64,000 nt of DNA from Candidatus Omnitrophota bacterium (GTDB lineage Bacteria > Omnitrophota > Gorgyraeia > Gygaellales > Profunditerraquicolaceae). Where the stretch lies: contig JBAZUE010000004.1 of NCBI GenBank assembly GCA_041661605.1, forward strand, positions 7,217 to 71,216, given 5' to 3'. The translations under genes and the position numbers were made by a program. The notes under the pieces were generated by a model. It saw only the letters and a list, made by a program, of their open reading frames with translations. It made no database searches and was not told the origin of the DNA. This document shows positions 49,393 to 57,546 of this stretch, piece by piece. Position 1 is the stretch's first letter, and every line of letters starts with the position of its first letter.

Positions 49393-49787
49393 GTGGCAGA
49401 CGACGCACGCCCTCCCGCATGGCCGCGGCGCCAGGTAACGCGCCGAGCGAGGTCCTGTTCGAAGAGGGGAGCGGTAACGTGTTCGCGGACCTCGGTTTCG
49501 CTGACGCGGCTGAGCACCAGGCCAAGGCCGACCTCTGCCATGTGATCATCAACATCGTCGAGGATCACGGTTGGACGCAGAAAAAGGCGGCCGACGCGCT
49601 CGGCATCGCGGAGTCCGACATGTCGGACCTGATGAACGGCAAGCTGCGTCGCTTCAGCCGCGAGCGTCTAGAGCGCTATCTCTACGCGCTCGGCATGGAA
49701 ATTCGCATTCAGGTTTATCCACGCCCCGCGGGCAGGCGGCCTGCTGGAGTCTCAGTGCAGGTGTTCGAGGGCAAACCCGCGAGGTAA
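49389..49787 (+). CDS. XRE-family HTH antitoxin
   Basis: ATGA overlap with the toxin gene. GWTQKKAADALGIAESDMSDLMNGKLRRFSRERLERYL HTH. Confidence 0.75.
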   Translation: MSGRRRTPSRMAAAPGNAPSEVLFEEGSGNVFADLGFADAAEHQAKADLCHVIINIVEDHGWTQKKAADALGIAESDMSDLMNGKLRRFSRERLERYLYALGMEIRIQVYPRPAGRRPAGVSVQVFEGKPAR

Positions 49788-50065
49788 GGCACTGCGCAGC
49801 TCCGTTCGCGCCACGCGGGGAAGCGCGCAGCTCCGTTCGCGCAGGCGGCCGCAGGACCCATAGACGGCGCGCGCAGCGCGCTCGTAGGGTCCGAGAGCCT
49901 GCGCGGTCGGAGGTGCGGGACTGCCGCGCCCCCTAGCCTGTCCGAGAGCCTGCGCGGTCGGAGGTGCGGGCCTGACGCGCCCCTCCTCGGGCCGTCGAGC
50001 ATTCGCGGGGGCGGTTGCCCGACGTGGCGCGAGCTTTTGGGGGTGGCGCAATGGAATGGTGACGC
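49788..50065. repeat. Composite repeat: 2 a-units fused directly to the B-type core (copy B5), right arm x2, tail with motif C
   Basis: Read directly; starts at the nucleotide after the TAA stop. Confidence 0.9.
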
Positions 50066-50189
50066 GATCTCGGCGGCGTGGTCTATCGTATCGTACCCAC
50101 CAAGAGCGGACGATAGATGCCGCCGTGAACGCACGAATTCATGGAACTCACCGACCAGTCGGTGGTTGCCCTGCAGGAGTCATTCGACT

Positions 50190-50207
50190 ATGGTACAATT
50201 GTACCAT
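50190..50207. promoter_or_regulatory. Perfect 18-nt palindrome ATGGTACAATTGTACCAT, candidate TA operator
   Basis: Read directly, 18 nt upstream of the vapC-like ATG. Confidence 0.5.
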
Positions 50208-50224
50208 TAGCATCGGACACTCCC

Positions 50225-50617
50225 ATGATCGTCGTCGATACGTCTGTCGTGCTCGCGGTGCTCCTGATCGAGCCCGAACGGACGACAATCCTCAAGCGCA
50301 CGCGCGGCAAGCGCATACTCGCGGCCCCGAGCCTAGGGTGGGAAGTCGGCAATGCACTGGTGGCCTTGGTACGCCGGCGGCGGGCCGATTACCCAGCCGT
50401 TGAGCGGGCATGGCGGTCGTTCGGACGCATTCACCTCGCGTACGCGAACTGCGACATCTCGGCGGCGCTGCGGCTCGCAACGGAGGCGAGTCTGTACGCC
50501 TACGATGCCTACGTCATCGAGACAGCGCGAGCGGCGGGCGCCCCGCTGCTGACGCTGGACAAAAAGCAGCAGGCCGTGGCCGCCGAGCGTGGTGTGGAAA
50601 TTCTGGAGATCACCTGA
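50225..50617 (+). CDS. PIN-domain toxin (VapC-like)
   Basis: MIVVDTSVVLAVL start. Acidic PIN residues include D5 in MIVVD and D96 in AYDAYVIETA. Confidence 0.8.
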   Translation: MIVVDTSVVLAVLLIEPERTTILKRTRGKRILAAPSLGWEVGNALVALVRRRRADYPAVERAWRSFGRIHLAYANCDISAALRLATEASLYAYDAYVIETARAAGAPLLTLDKKQQAVAAERGVEILEIT

Positions 50618-50883
50618 TGCGCGAATACACGTTCTCCCGGGCTCGGCAACAGCTCGCCAGTCTCCTGGATCTCGCGCGCCAGGAAGGCGGTGTGCTCATC
50701 CGGCGACGCGATGGTCAGGTGTTCGAAGTCAAGCCCGCCAGGCGCACCGGCGGCTCGCCGCTCGACGTGCCAGGAGTCGATCTCGAACTCGCGACCGGCG
50801 AGATGATGGCGGCACTGGCCGAGTCACGCGCGTCTGGTGCCCGGTTCGTGCGGGAACGTCCGGCCAGGAAGCGACGGAAGTAG
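50617..50883 (+). CDS. Phd/YefM-type antitoxin, encoded downstream of the PIN gene
   Basis: MREYTFSRARQQLASLLDLARQEGGVLIRRRDGQVFEV; TGATG stop-start overlap with the PIN gene. Confidence 0.65.
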   Translation: MREYTFSRARQQLASLLDLARQEGGVLIRRRDGQVFEVKPARRTGGSPLDVPGVDLELATGEMMAALAESRASGARFVRERPARKRRK

Positions 50884-50890
50884 TACGCTG

Positions 50891-51281
50891 CGCCGCGGGG
50901 AAGCGCGCAACTCCGTTCGCGCCACGCGGGGAAGCGCGCAGCTCCGTTCGCGCCGCGCTGGGAAGCGCGCAGCTCCGGGGGTGCGAATGCATCGCTGCGC
51001 CCGCCGTTCTCCTCCCCCAAGCGGCAGGCCCGCATCTCCGTCCGCGCCGGCGGCCGCAGGACCCATAGACGGCGCGCGCAGCGCGCTCGTAGGGTCCGAG
51101 AGCCTGCGCGGTCGGAGATGCGGGCCTGCCGCGCCCCCTCCTGCGCGGTCGGAGATGCGGGACTGCCGCGCCCCCTCCTGCGAGGATGGAGATGCGGGAC
51201 TGACGCGCCCCCCGATGCGGCGGAGAGGCTGACCCGCAGCGGCGCGTGCGTTTGGCGGCGGGCGCAATGGAATGGTGCCGC
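50891..51281. repeat. Composite repeat: 3 a-units, B-type hairpin with right arm x3 (copy B6), motif C
   Basis: Read directly. a-units at 50891, 50925 and 50956; right arms at 51102, 51140 and 51177. Confidence 0.9.
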
Positions 51282-51351
51282 GTTTTCGGCGGCGCGGGTT
51301 ATCAAGGTGCTCCTGCTCGAAGCAGCTTCCCGCGAGCGCCGGAGAAACGTC

Positions 51352-51600
51352 ATGAATGCACTTGCCGCATGGCTCAGATCCACCCAGACTTCCGACATGG
51401 CAGACGATCGAGACATCCGGCCAGAAGCTCATCGGCTCGTAGAGGGACTTCCCGCCGGCGCCGGCTGGGACGATCTCATGTACGAGATCTACGTCCGGCA
51501 GGCCATTGAGGCGGGACTGGCCGACGGAGACGCCGGGCGAACCGTGGATCACGAAACGGCCATGTCGCGCATCCGCGCACGGATTCGGCGCGCGTCCTGA
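51352..51600 (+). CDS. Putative antitoxin partner of the ParE-like toxin
   Basis: Internal ATG (alternative 51397). WDDLMYEIYVRQAIEAGLADGDAGRTVDHETAMSRI is a motif I associate with small antitoxins upstream of ParE/RelE genes. 1-nt overlap with the toxin start. Confidence 0.55.
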   Translation: MNALAAWLRSTQTSDMADDRDIRPEAHRLVEGLPAGAGWDDLMYEIYVRQAIEAGLADGDAGRTVDHETAMSRIRARIRRAS

Positions 51601-51890
51601 TGTTGCCGCTCCGTTGGTCGGAGCAGGCACTCGAGCATATGGGTGGCATCGCGGAGTACCTGAGCTTGTCATCCCCGCTGTACGCCGAGAGCGCGATCCA
51701 GCGTATCGAAGCCCGAGTGCAGCAGCTGCAACTCCACCCGGAACTCGGCAAGCCGGCACGCGAATCTAGTGATCCTTCAGTTCGTGAGCTGGTGGACGCA
51801 CCGTACCGGGTCTTTTATCGCGCGCGCGCCGACTGCATTGAGGTGATTGCTGTGGTGCATGGTCGAAATCAGGTTCCGACTTCGCTCTAG
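51600..51890 (+). CDS. RelE/ParE-family toxin
   Basis: 96 aa. LRWSEQALEHMGGIAEYL...YRVFYRARADCIEVIAVVHGR pattern. Confidence 0.8.
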   Translation: MLPLRWSEQALEHMGGIAEYLSLSSPLYAESAIQRIEARVQQLQLHPELGKPARESSDPSVRELVDAPYRVFYRARADCIEVIAVVHGRNQVPTSL

Positions 51891-51980
51891 ATGCGTTCGC
51901 GGGTGCGCTTGAGATCTACGGTGACGTCGCGGCGGTACGAACGGCCTGATCTTGCCGCTCCAGGGGTCTGCTCGTCGCCT

Positions 51981-52228
51981 GGCGGGGAAGCGCGCAGCTC
52001 CGGGGGTGTGCTGCTCGCGCCGCGGGGAAGCGCGCAGCTCCGGGGGTGTGCTTCGCGTGCGAGCGGACTGCAGTTCGCCTCCCCCCAAGCGGCAGGCCCG
52101 CATCTCCGTCCGCGCAGGCGGCCGCAGGACCCATAGACGGCGCGCGCAGCGCGCTCGTAGGGTCCGAGAGCCTGCGCGGTCGGAGATGCGGGCCTGCCGC
52201 GCCCCCCTGGGCTCTGGGGGACTGCCGA
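51981..52228. repeat. Composite repeat: 2 a-units, linker, B-type hairpin (copy B7)
   Basis: Read directly; ends 2 nt before the hflX stop codon. Confidence 0.9.
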
Positions 52229-52229
52229 G

Positions 52230-53516
52230 CTACGAGAGGCCGAGCCGCGCCAGCAAATCGCTTCCGGCGCGTACTCGCACGACCAGCTCACCCGTCTCGT
52301 CGTCCATGTGCTGGCCGAGCACCTCGGCGCCGCGGTGCAACTCGGAGAGCCGCTTGCCGTCGCCCGGACTCATCCGCACCTCGCGCACCGGGCGGCTCGC
52401 ACGCCGCGCATCGAGCAGCGCGGCGCGCAGCGGCTCCAGCCCGCCCGGGCGTACCGCGCTCACGAACGTGCTCCCCGGCAGCAGGTTGTCCATCCGCTCG
52501 CGCAGCGCCTGCTCCTCGCCCGGCGTCAGCCGGTCAATCTTGTTGAACACATGCAGTACGGGTGTGTCATGCACGCCGAGATCCGCGAGCACGTCGTCAA
52601 CAACGAGCCGCTGCTCCTCCCATGTGGGGTGGCTCGCGTCAATCACGTGCAGCAGCAGGTCGGCCTCGCGCGTCTCCTCGAGCGTCGCCCGGAAACTCGC
52701 CACGAGATCGTGCGGCAGTTTGCGAATAAAACCGACAGTGTCCGTGAGCAGCACGTCCGCGCCCTTCCCTCCCCCGAGATTCACTTCGCGCGTGAGGGGA
52801 TCGAGCGTCGCAAACAGACGGTCTTCCACGAAGATGTCGTCCGCGGAACTCATGCCCCTCAGGATCGAACTCTTGCCGGCATTGGTGTAGCCCACCAACG
52901 CCGCGCGGAACTGCGAGCGCCGCTGCTTGCGCTGCACTTCGCGGCTCTTGGTCACTTCCGTCAGCCGCTCCTTCAGCAGGCGAATCCTGTGCCCCACGAG
53001 CCGGCGATCGGTCTCGAGCTGCGTTTCACCGGGGCCGCGCACGCCGATGCCGCCGCGGAACTTCTCGAGGTGACTCCACAACTTCGTCAGCCGCGGCAGT
53101 GAATACTCGAGCTGGGCCAGCTCCACCTGCATCTTGGCCTCGGCGCTGCGCGCACGGATGGCGAAGATGTCGAGGATCAGTTCTGCGCGGTCAATGACGC
53201 GCTTCGTGAGGGCGGCTTCGAGATTCTTCCCCTGCGCCGGCGTCAGCTCGTCGTCGAAGATCACGACCGACGCGTCCTTGTCGGCGATCAGCGTCTTCAG
53301 CTCTTCGAGCTTGCCGCTACCGATGTAGGTGGCACTGTCGGGGCGGTCAAGTTGCTGCGTGAGTTCGCCCACCACCTCGGCGCCAGCGGTGTCGGCGAGG
53401 CGGCCGAGTTCTTCGAGGTGCTCCTGCACGAGGAGCTTGCCGGTGCCGCGCTTGAGGGGCGCGCCCACCAAGATGGCGCGTTCCTGGGGCGGGCTGAGAT
53501 CAATGATTTCTTTCAC
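52230..53516 (-). CDS. hflX: GTPase HflX
   Basis: 428 aa. HflX N-domain (DRAELILDIFAIRARSAEAKMQVELAQLEYSLPRL) plus G-domain motifs (GYTNAGKSS, DTVGF, NKID). Confidence 0.95.
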   Translation of the reverse strand: MKEIIDLSPPQERAILVGAPLKRGTGKLLVQEHLEELGRLADTAGAEVVGELTQQLDRPDSATYIGSGKLEELKTLIADKDASVVIFDDELTPAQGKNLEAALTKRVIDRAELILDIFAIRARSAEAKMQVELAQLEYSLPRLTKLWSHLEKFRGGIGVRGPGETQLETDRRLVGHRIRLLKERLTEVTKSREVQRKQRRSQFRAALVGYTNAGKSSILRGMSSADDIFVEDRLFATLDPLTREVNLGGGKGADVLLTDTVGFIRKLPHDLVASFRATLEETREADLLLHVIDASHPTWEEQRLVVDDVLADLGVHDTPVLHVFNKIDRLTPGEEQALRERMDNLLPGSTFVSAVRPGGLEPLRAALLDARRASRPVREVRMSPGDGKRLSELHRGAEVLGQHMDDETGELVVRVRAGSDLLARLGLS

Positions 53517-53546
53517 ACATCAAATCTAGTTCGGGTGGCAGAGTCA

Positions 53547-53773
53547 GCGCACGGCAGGGGTCGGATCGCGCAAGCTCTCGGACCCTACGGGCTGGCATCG
53601 CAGGCGCGCGCGACAGGGGTTCGTTCGCGCAGGCTCTCGGACCCTACGGGCTGGCATCGATCGCGCGCACGGCAGGGGTTCGCCCGCGCAGGCTCTCGGA
53701 CCCTACGAGCGCGCTGCGCGCGCCGTCTATGGGTCCTGCGGCCGCCTGCGCGGGCGAACCCCTGCCGTGCGCG
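53547..53773. repeat. B-type element in flipped orientation: ~57-nt unit x3, only the last with a complete core and inverted arm (copy B8)
   Basis: GCGCACGGCAGGGGT...CGCGCAGGCTCTCGGACCCTACG repeated at 53547, 53600 and 53658. The third continues AGCGCGCTGCGCGCGCCGTCTATGGGTCCTGCGGCCGCCTGCGCGGGCGAACCCCTGCCGTGCGCGCG. Confidence 0.9.
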
Positions 53774-53998
53774 CGTCCTTTCGATAGATCGAGTGGCCGG
53801 TTGCGCCAGCCCGACCCGTGCTGCGCGCTGACGGCATTCCCGCAGGCGCCTTGGCTGCGCTCGGCGCCATCGGCTCCGCGCGCCCCGGGAACGCTGGGAG
53901 CGAATGCGAAGTGCGGGGATTCGATGCGCACCGCGACCAACCGGTGACGCTGCTAGCCACGGGGGCCATTAGCCTCGCACTCGGATGCCAACCGAGTA

Positions 53999-54027
53999 TT
54001 GACACGATGTATCTTATACGATACAGT
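53999..54027 (+). promoter_or_regulatory. Candidate sigma70-type promoter TTGACA-17-TACAGT with embedded GTATC-N6-GATAC inverted repeat
   Basis: Read directly upstream of, and overlapping, the first ATG of the killer-protein ORF. Confidence 0.4.
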
Positions 54028-54345
54028 AGTGGGGCCTGCGCAGAAGTCCGCGTGACCGCTGCGTTCCTGGCCTGGATGGAGCGACTACGTGACGCGCGCG
54101 CTCGAGCGAGCATCGTGGCCCGCATTGACCGACGGTCTGACGGGAATCCCGGTGACTGTCGGTCCGTCGGGGATGGAGTCTTCGAGATGCGAGTTCATGT
54201 GGGTGCCGGCTATCGCGTCTACTTCTCCTGGGTGGGCGCTCGCATCGCGGTGTTGCTCGTCGGCGGGGATACGCAGAGCCAACCTGAGGATATCATTCGT
54301 GCAAAAGCTCTCGCGCGAAGCAGCGCTGTTGATCGCCAAGAGTAA
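54007..54345 (+). CDS. Addiction-module killer protein (RelE/ParE superfamily)
   Basis: FLAWMERLRDARARASIVARIDRRSDGNPGDCRSVGDGVFEMRVHVGAGYRVYF...GGDTQSQPEDIIRAK pattern. The start may instead be the GTG at 54052. Confidence 0.75.
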   Translation: MYLIRYSSGACAEVRVTAAFLAWMERLRDARARASIVARIDRRSDGNPGDCRSVGDGVFEMRVHVGAGYRVYFSWVGARIAVLLVGGDTQSQPEDIIRAKALARSSAVDRQE

Positions 54346-54694
54346 GATCAAGCTTATTCCGTGGGACGTCGCAGACCACCTGAGGACGCCCTACGAAATG
54401 GCGCTCTACCTCGAGGCGACGTTCGAGGAGTTCGGCCATGACGGCCGAGCGGTGCTACGGGCCCTGGGCGGCATCGCGCGCGCCCAAGGCATGACCTCCG
54501 TCGCGCGGCGGTCAGGGCTGGGGCGTGAGAGCCTCTACAAGGCGCTCTCTGGCGAGGGAAACCCGAGCTTCGACACCGTGCTCCGCGTCATGGACGCCCT
54601 CGGCCTGCGCCTCACCGCGTTGGTAAAGGAGCCCGCGCCCGCCCCGCGCACCCGCACCGCGCGCAAACGCCCGACGCGGAAGCGCGGCACTTAG
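54329..54694 (+). CDS. Addiction-module antidote protein (HigA-family HTH)
   Basis: PWDVADHLRTPYEMALYLEATFEE...GMTSVARRSGLGRESLYKALSGEGNPSFDTVLRVMDALGLRL. No ATG available; TTG 54329 or GTG 54296. Confidence 0.75.
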   Translation: MIAKSKIKLIPWDVADHLRTPYEMALYLEATFEEFGHDGRAVLRALGGIARAQGMTSVARRSGLGRESLYKALSGEGNPSFDTVLRVMDALGLRLTALVKEPAPAPRTRTARKRPTRKRGT

Positions 54695-54700
54695 CTCTCT

Positions 54701-54812
54701 GCGCGCACGGCAGGGGTTCGCTCGCGCAGGCGGCCGCAGGACCCATAGACGGCGCGCGCAGCGCGCTCGTAGGGTCCGAGAGCCTGCGCGGGCGAACTCC
54801 TGCCGCGCGCGC
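54701..54812. repeat. B-type nested hairpin (copy B9) with the alternative arm GCGCGCACGGCAGGGGTTCGCTCGCGCAGGC
   Basis: Read directly, between convergent genes. Confidence 0.9.
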
Positions 54813-54827
54813 TGCAATCGTAAAGAA

Positions 54828-55307
54828 CTAGCGTCCGAGCGAGCTGTACGTCCCCTTGCTCCGATACGGCCGCGTCATCGACCCAAACGGCGTGGCGAGC
54901 GTAAAGTCGCCCTCCACCGTGTACTCCACGCTCCCGCGCTGCAACAGGATGTTGGCCGCCTGCTGCACCTCGCGGAACGTGAAATTCACCGGCAGCGTCA
55001 CCTGCGTCAGGCTCTTGTTGTCGAGCGTCACCAGCTTCGTCACGTCGCCCGTGAACACCTTCAGCGATTCCGCATAGACGGTGTACGTCACCTTGCTCAC
55101 GTCGATGCGATAGTCATTGAGGTTCTGCACGTCGAGGATCACATCCAGGCTGCCGCCCTGCAGGCCGACACCCTTCACCATGACGTCCTTGAGTTCGACG
55201 ATGGGGTTCTGGAACGACGATCGGGCCAGACGGGAGCAGCCGGCCGCGCCGAGTGCGAGCACAGCCGCGGCAGCGGCGAAAGCGAAACGTCGTGAAGTCG
55301 GTGTCAT
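54828..55307 (-). CDS. LEA type 2 / WHy-domain lipoprotein
   Basis: 159 aa with lipobox LGAAGC. ELKDVMVKGVGLQGGSLDVILDVQNLNDYRIDVSKVTYTVYA is typical of LEA_2. Confidence 0.7.
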   Translation of the reverse strand: MTPTSRRFAFAAAAAVLALGAAGCSRLARSSFQNPIVELKDVMVKGVGLQGGSLDVILDVQNLNDYRIDVSKVTYTVYAESLKVFTGDVTKLVTLDNKSLTQVTLPVNFTFREVQQAANILLQRGSVEYTVEGDFTLATPFGSMTRPYRSKGTYSSLGR

Positions 55308-55363
55308 CGGCGTGGGATTGGTGACGGGAACTCGGAACTCGAATTGTATTCTACACCCGAATC

Positions 55364-55404
55364 TTGACTGGGTGGCCCATGGCAGCTATCTTTGGTATAT
55401 ACCA
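55364..55404 (+). promoter_or_regulatory. Candidate promoter TTGACT-17-TATCTT followed by palindrome TGGTATATACCA
   Basis: Read directly upstream of vapB. Confidence 0.45.
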
Positions 55405-55420
55405 TTCAGCGAGCGATTCG

Positions 55421-55702
55421 GTGAAGAAGGCCAAGCTCTTTATGAACGGCCGCAGTCAAGCGGTGCGGCTTCCCAAGGAGTTCAGGATGCCTGGGAAGGA
55501 GGTAAGCATTGAGCGGCGGGGGGACGAAGTCATCCTTCGACCGGTGACAGCGGACTCCTCAGATATGTCGCACATCAAGACGCTCGGGGATCTCGCGAAG
55601 CACTTTCGTGAGCACGGTGGTGTCTCCGAGGACTTCGAACGCGCCATTCGCGACGCGCGGAAGCGCGACCGCGACTGGCCCGAGCGGATTCCGGAATGGT
55701 AG
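55421..55702 (+). CDS. vapB: AbrB/SpoVT-type antitoxin VapB
   Basis: GTG start. [41 protein letters not shown] is the classic VapB N-terminus. Confidence 0.8.
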   Translation: MKKAKLFMNGRSQAVRLPKEFRMPGKEVSIERRGDEVILRPVTADSSDMSHIKTLGDLAKHFREHGGVSEDFERAIRDARKRDRDWPERIPEW

Positions 55703-56103
55703 CGGGAGCGAGTGTCTGCCTCGACACCGACCTCTGCGTCGACTACTTGCGTCGCCGCGCGGCTGCCGGGCCGTTGGCTTTCGCCCAGCTTCCGGTATCC
55801 GACGCCTGGATTTCGGCCGTGACGCTGGCCGAGCTGCGGTTTGGCGCCCAGCGCTCGGTGCATCGCGCACGTGAGAATGCGAAACTGGCTGAGCTGCTGG
55901 CCGTCGTGGGCGTCCGCGCATTTGATGCCCGAGCAGCAGAGGCGTCCGCCACGGTGCGCACTCACCTCGAGGCCACCGGACAGCGCATCGGACCCCTGGA
56001 CTCGCTGATCGGCGCCCACGCGCTCGCCGAAGGTGCCGTGCTCATGACGCGCAACGTTCGCGAATTCTCGCACATTCCCGGCCTCGCGATCGCCGAGGCG
56101 TGA
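55696..56103 (+). CDS. vapC: PIN-domain toxin VapC
   Basis: 135 aa. [11 protein letters not shown]...[11 protein letters not shown]...[27 protein letters not shown]. Confidence 0.85.
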   Translation: MVAGASVCLDTDLCVDYLRRRAAAGPLAFAQLPVSDAWISAVTLAELRFGAQRSVHRARENAKLAELLAVVGVRAFDARAAEASATVRTHLEATGQRIGPLDSLIGAHALAEGAVLMTRNVREFSHIPGLAIAEA

Positions 56104-56113
56104 GCCCCCGCCC

Positions 56114-57523
56114 CTACTCGTCTGTTGTCTCTCTGTTTTCTCTCTGTTGTTTCTCTGTTGTTTCTCTGATTCTCGCCCACCACTCCAGTCTCTTGGATAT
56201 CTCTTTTTCAAACCCGAACTCCGTGGGTTTGTAAAATGTCCGGCTCGCCAACTCATCAGGCAGATAGTCCTGTGGCGTGTATCCCTCGGGCACTGAATGC
56301 GCGTACGAGTACCCTGCCCCGTAGCCGAGTTCTTTCATGAGCTTGGTGGGCGCATTGCGAATGGGCAGCGGCACCTGCGCCGCCGGCGTCTCGCGCGCCG
56401 CTTCCAGCGCCGCTCCCCACGCCGCATACACGCGATTGCTCTTGGGCGCAGTCGCCAGGTACACGGCCGCCTCGGCGAGCGCGAGTTCCCCCTCGGGCGA
56501 GCCGAGGAAGTGGTAGGCGTCGCGCGCGGCGATGGCGATCTGCAGCGCGCGCGGATCGGCGAGCCCCACGTCCTCGCTGGCAAAGCGCACCGTGCGTCGC
56601 GCGATGTACATCGGGTCCTCGCCGCCCTCGATCATGCGGGCGAGCCAGTAGAGCGCGCCTTGTGGGTCGCTGCCGCGAAGCGCCTTGTGGTAGGCGCTGA
56701 TTGTGTTGTAGTGGCCCTCTCCCGACTTGTCGTATTGGGCGAAGCGGCGTTGGAGTGCGTCGAGGATGATGGGAGATTGGAGAAGGGAGATGGGCGCACC
56801 TGCGGAATCGCCCATCTCCCCTCTCCCACCTCCCATCTGCATCAATACTGCCGCCTCGAGCACAGTAAGCGCCCGCCTCGCGTCCCCATCTGACTCTCTC
56901 GCCAGAATCTCCAGCGCGTCGTCGTCAATCGTCACGTTCAGCGCACCCAGTCCGCGGTCGGAGTCGGTGAGGGCGCGGGTGACGAGGCCCTTGATGTCGT
57001 CGGGGCTGAGCGGCTGGAGCACGAAGACGCGCAGGCGGCTCAGGAGCGCGCCGTTCAGTTCAAACGACGGGTTCTCGGTGGTGGCGCCGATGAGCGTGAG
57101 CAGGCCGCTCTCGGCGTGCGGCAGCAGGTAATCCTGCTGGCCCTTGTTGAAACGGTGGATCTCGTCGACAAAGAGGATCGTGCGGCGGCCCGCATCGCGC
57201 AGCTTGTGCGCCGCGTCGACGATTTCGCGCAGGCGCGGCACGCCTTCGCTGACGGCGCTGAACGGGACGAACTCGCCGTGCAGGTAGATCGCGGCCAGTC
57301 GCGCCAACGTCGTCTTGCCGGTGCCGGGAGGGCCCCAGAAGAGGATTGAGCCCGTCTGGCCGCCTTCGAGGGCGACGCGCAGGGGCTTGCCGGGGGCGAG
57401 CAGGTGCTGCTGGCCGGCGACTTCGTCGAGTGTGCGCGGGCGCATGCGCGCGGCCAGCGGCGCAGGGCCGGCTGCGGCGGCGAACATCGAAGGCTGGCTT
57501 GTTGCAGGACGCTTGGAGGCCAC
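56114..57523 (-). CDS. rarA: Replication-associated recombination protein A (RarA/MgsA AAA+ ATPase)
   Basis: 469 aa. [23 protein letters not shown] and the MgsA C-terminal domain. An unusual [17 protein letters not shown] tail is encoded by the 11-nt repeat. Confidence 0.9.
   Translation of the reverse strand: MASKRPATSQPSMFAAAAGPAPLAARMRPRTLDEVAGQQHLLAPGKPLRVALEGGQTGSILFWGPPGTGKTTLARLAAIYLHGEFVPFSAVSEGVPRLREIVDAAHKLRDAGRRTILFVDEIHRFNKGQQDYLLPHAESGLLTLIGATTENPSFELNGALLSRLRVFVLQPLSPDDIKGLVTRALTDSDRGLGALNVTIDDDALEILARESDGDARRALTVLEAAVLMQMGGGRGEMGDSAGAPISLLQSPIILDALQRRFAQYDKSGEGHYNTISAYHKALRGSDPQGALYWLARMIEGGEDPMYIARRTVRFASEDVGLADPRALQIAIAARDAYHFLGSPEGELALAEAAVYLATAPKSNRVYAAWGAALEAARETPAAQVPLPIRNAPTKLMKELGYGAGYSYAHSVPEGYTPQDYLPDELASRTFYKPTEFGFEKEISKRLEWWARIRETTEKQQRENRETTDE
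56121..56175. repeat. 11-nt tandem repeat (TCTGTTGTTTC-like) x5, AT-rich, inside the 3' end of rarA
   Basis: Units tctgttgtctc, tctgttttctc, tctgttgtttc, tctgttgtttc, tctgattctcg, read directly. Confidence 0.85.
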
Positions 57524-57546
57524 GCTTCAATTTAGCGCGCTTGCGG

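Noticed and set aside
48474-51759. ORFs running through the repeats (for example 48474..49127 minus, 50715..51416 minus, 50824..51759 minus, 46383..46889 plus)
   Set aside because: They are made of translated repeat sequence (recurrent RACRAPSCAVGDAGLPRP or PASPTAQ strings), overlap well-supported TA genes on the other strand, and appear in whichever frame lacks stops.
43005-52229. Chromosomal integron or CALIN (attC-delimited cassette array)
   Set aside because: I found no intI gene, attI or Pc in the window, and no RYYYAAC...GTTRRRY core sites at the repeat edges. The inverted HigB2/HigA2 cassette is not accompanied by an inverted repeat. The same repeats also flank housekeeping genes (hflX, rarA). 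An attC covariance-model search (IntegronFinder) would settle it.
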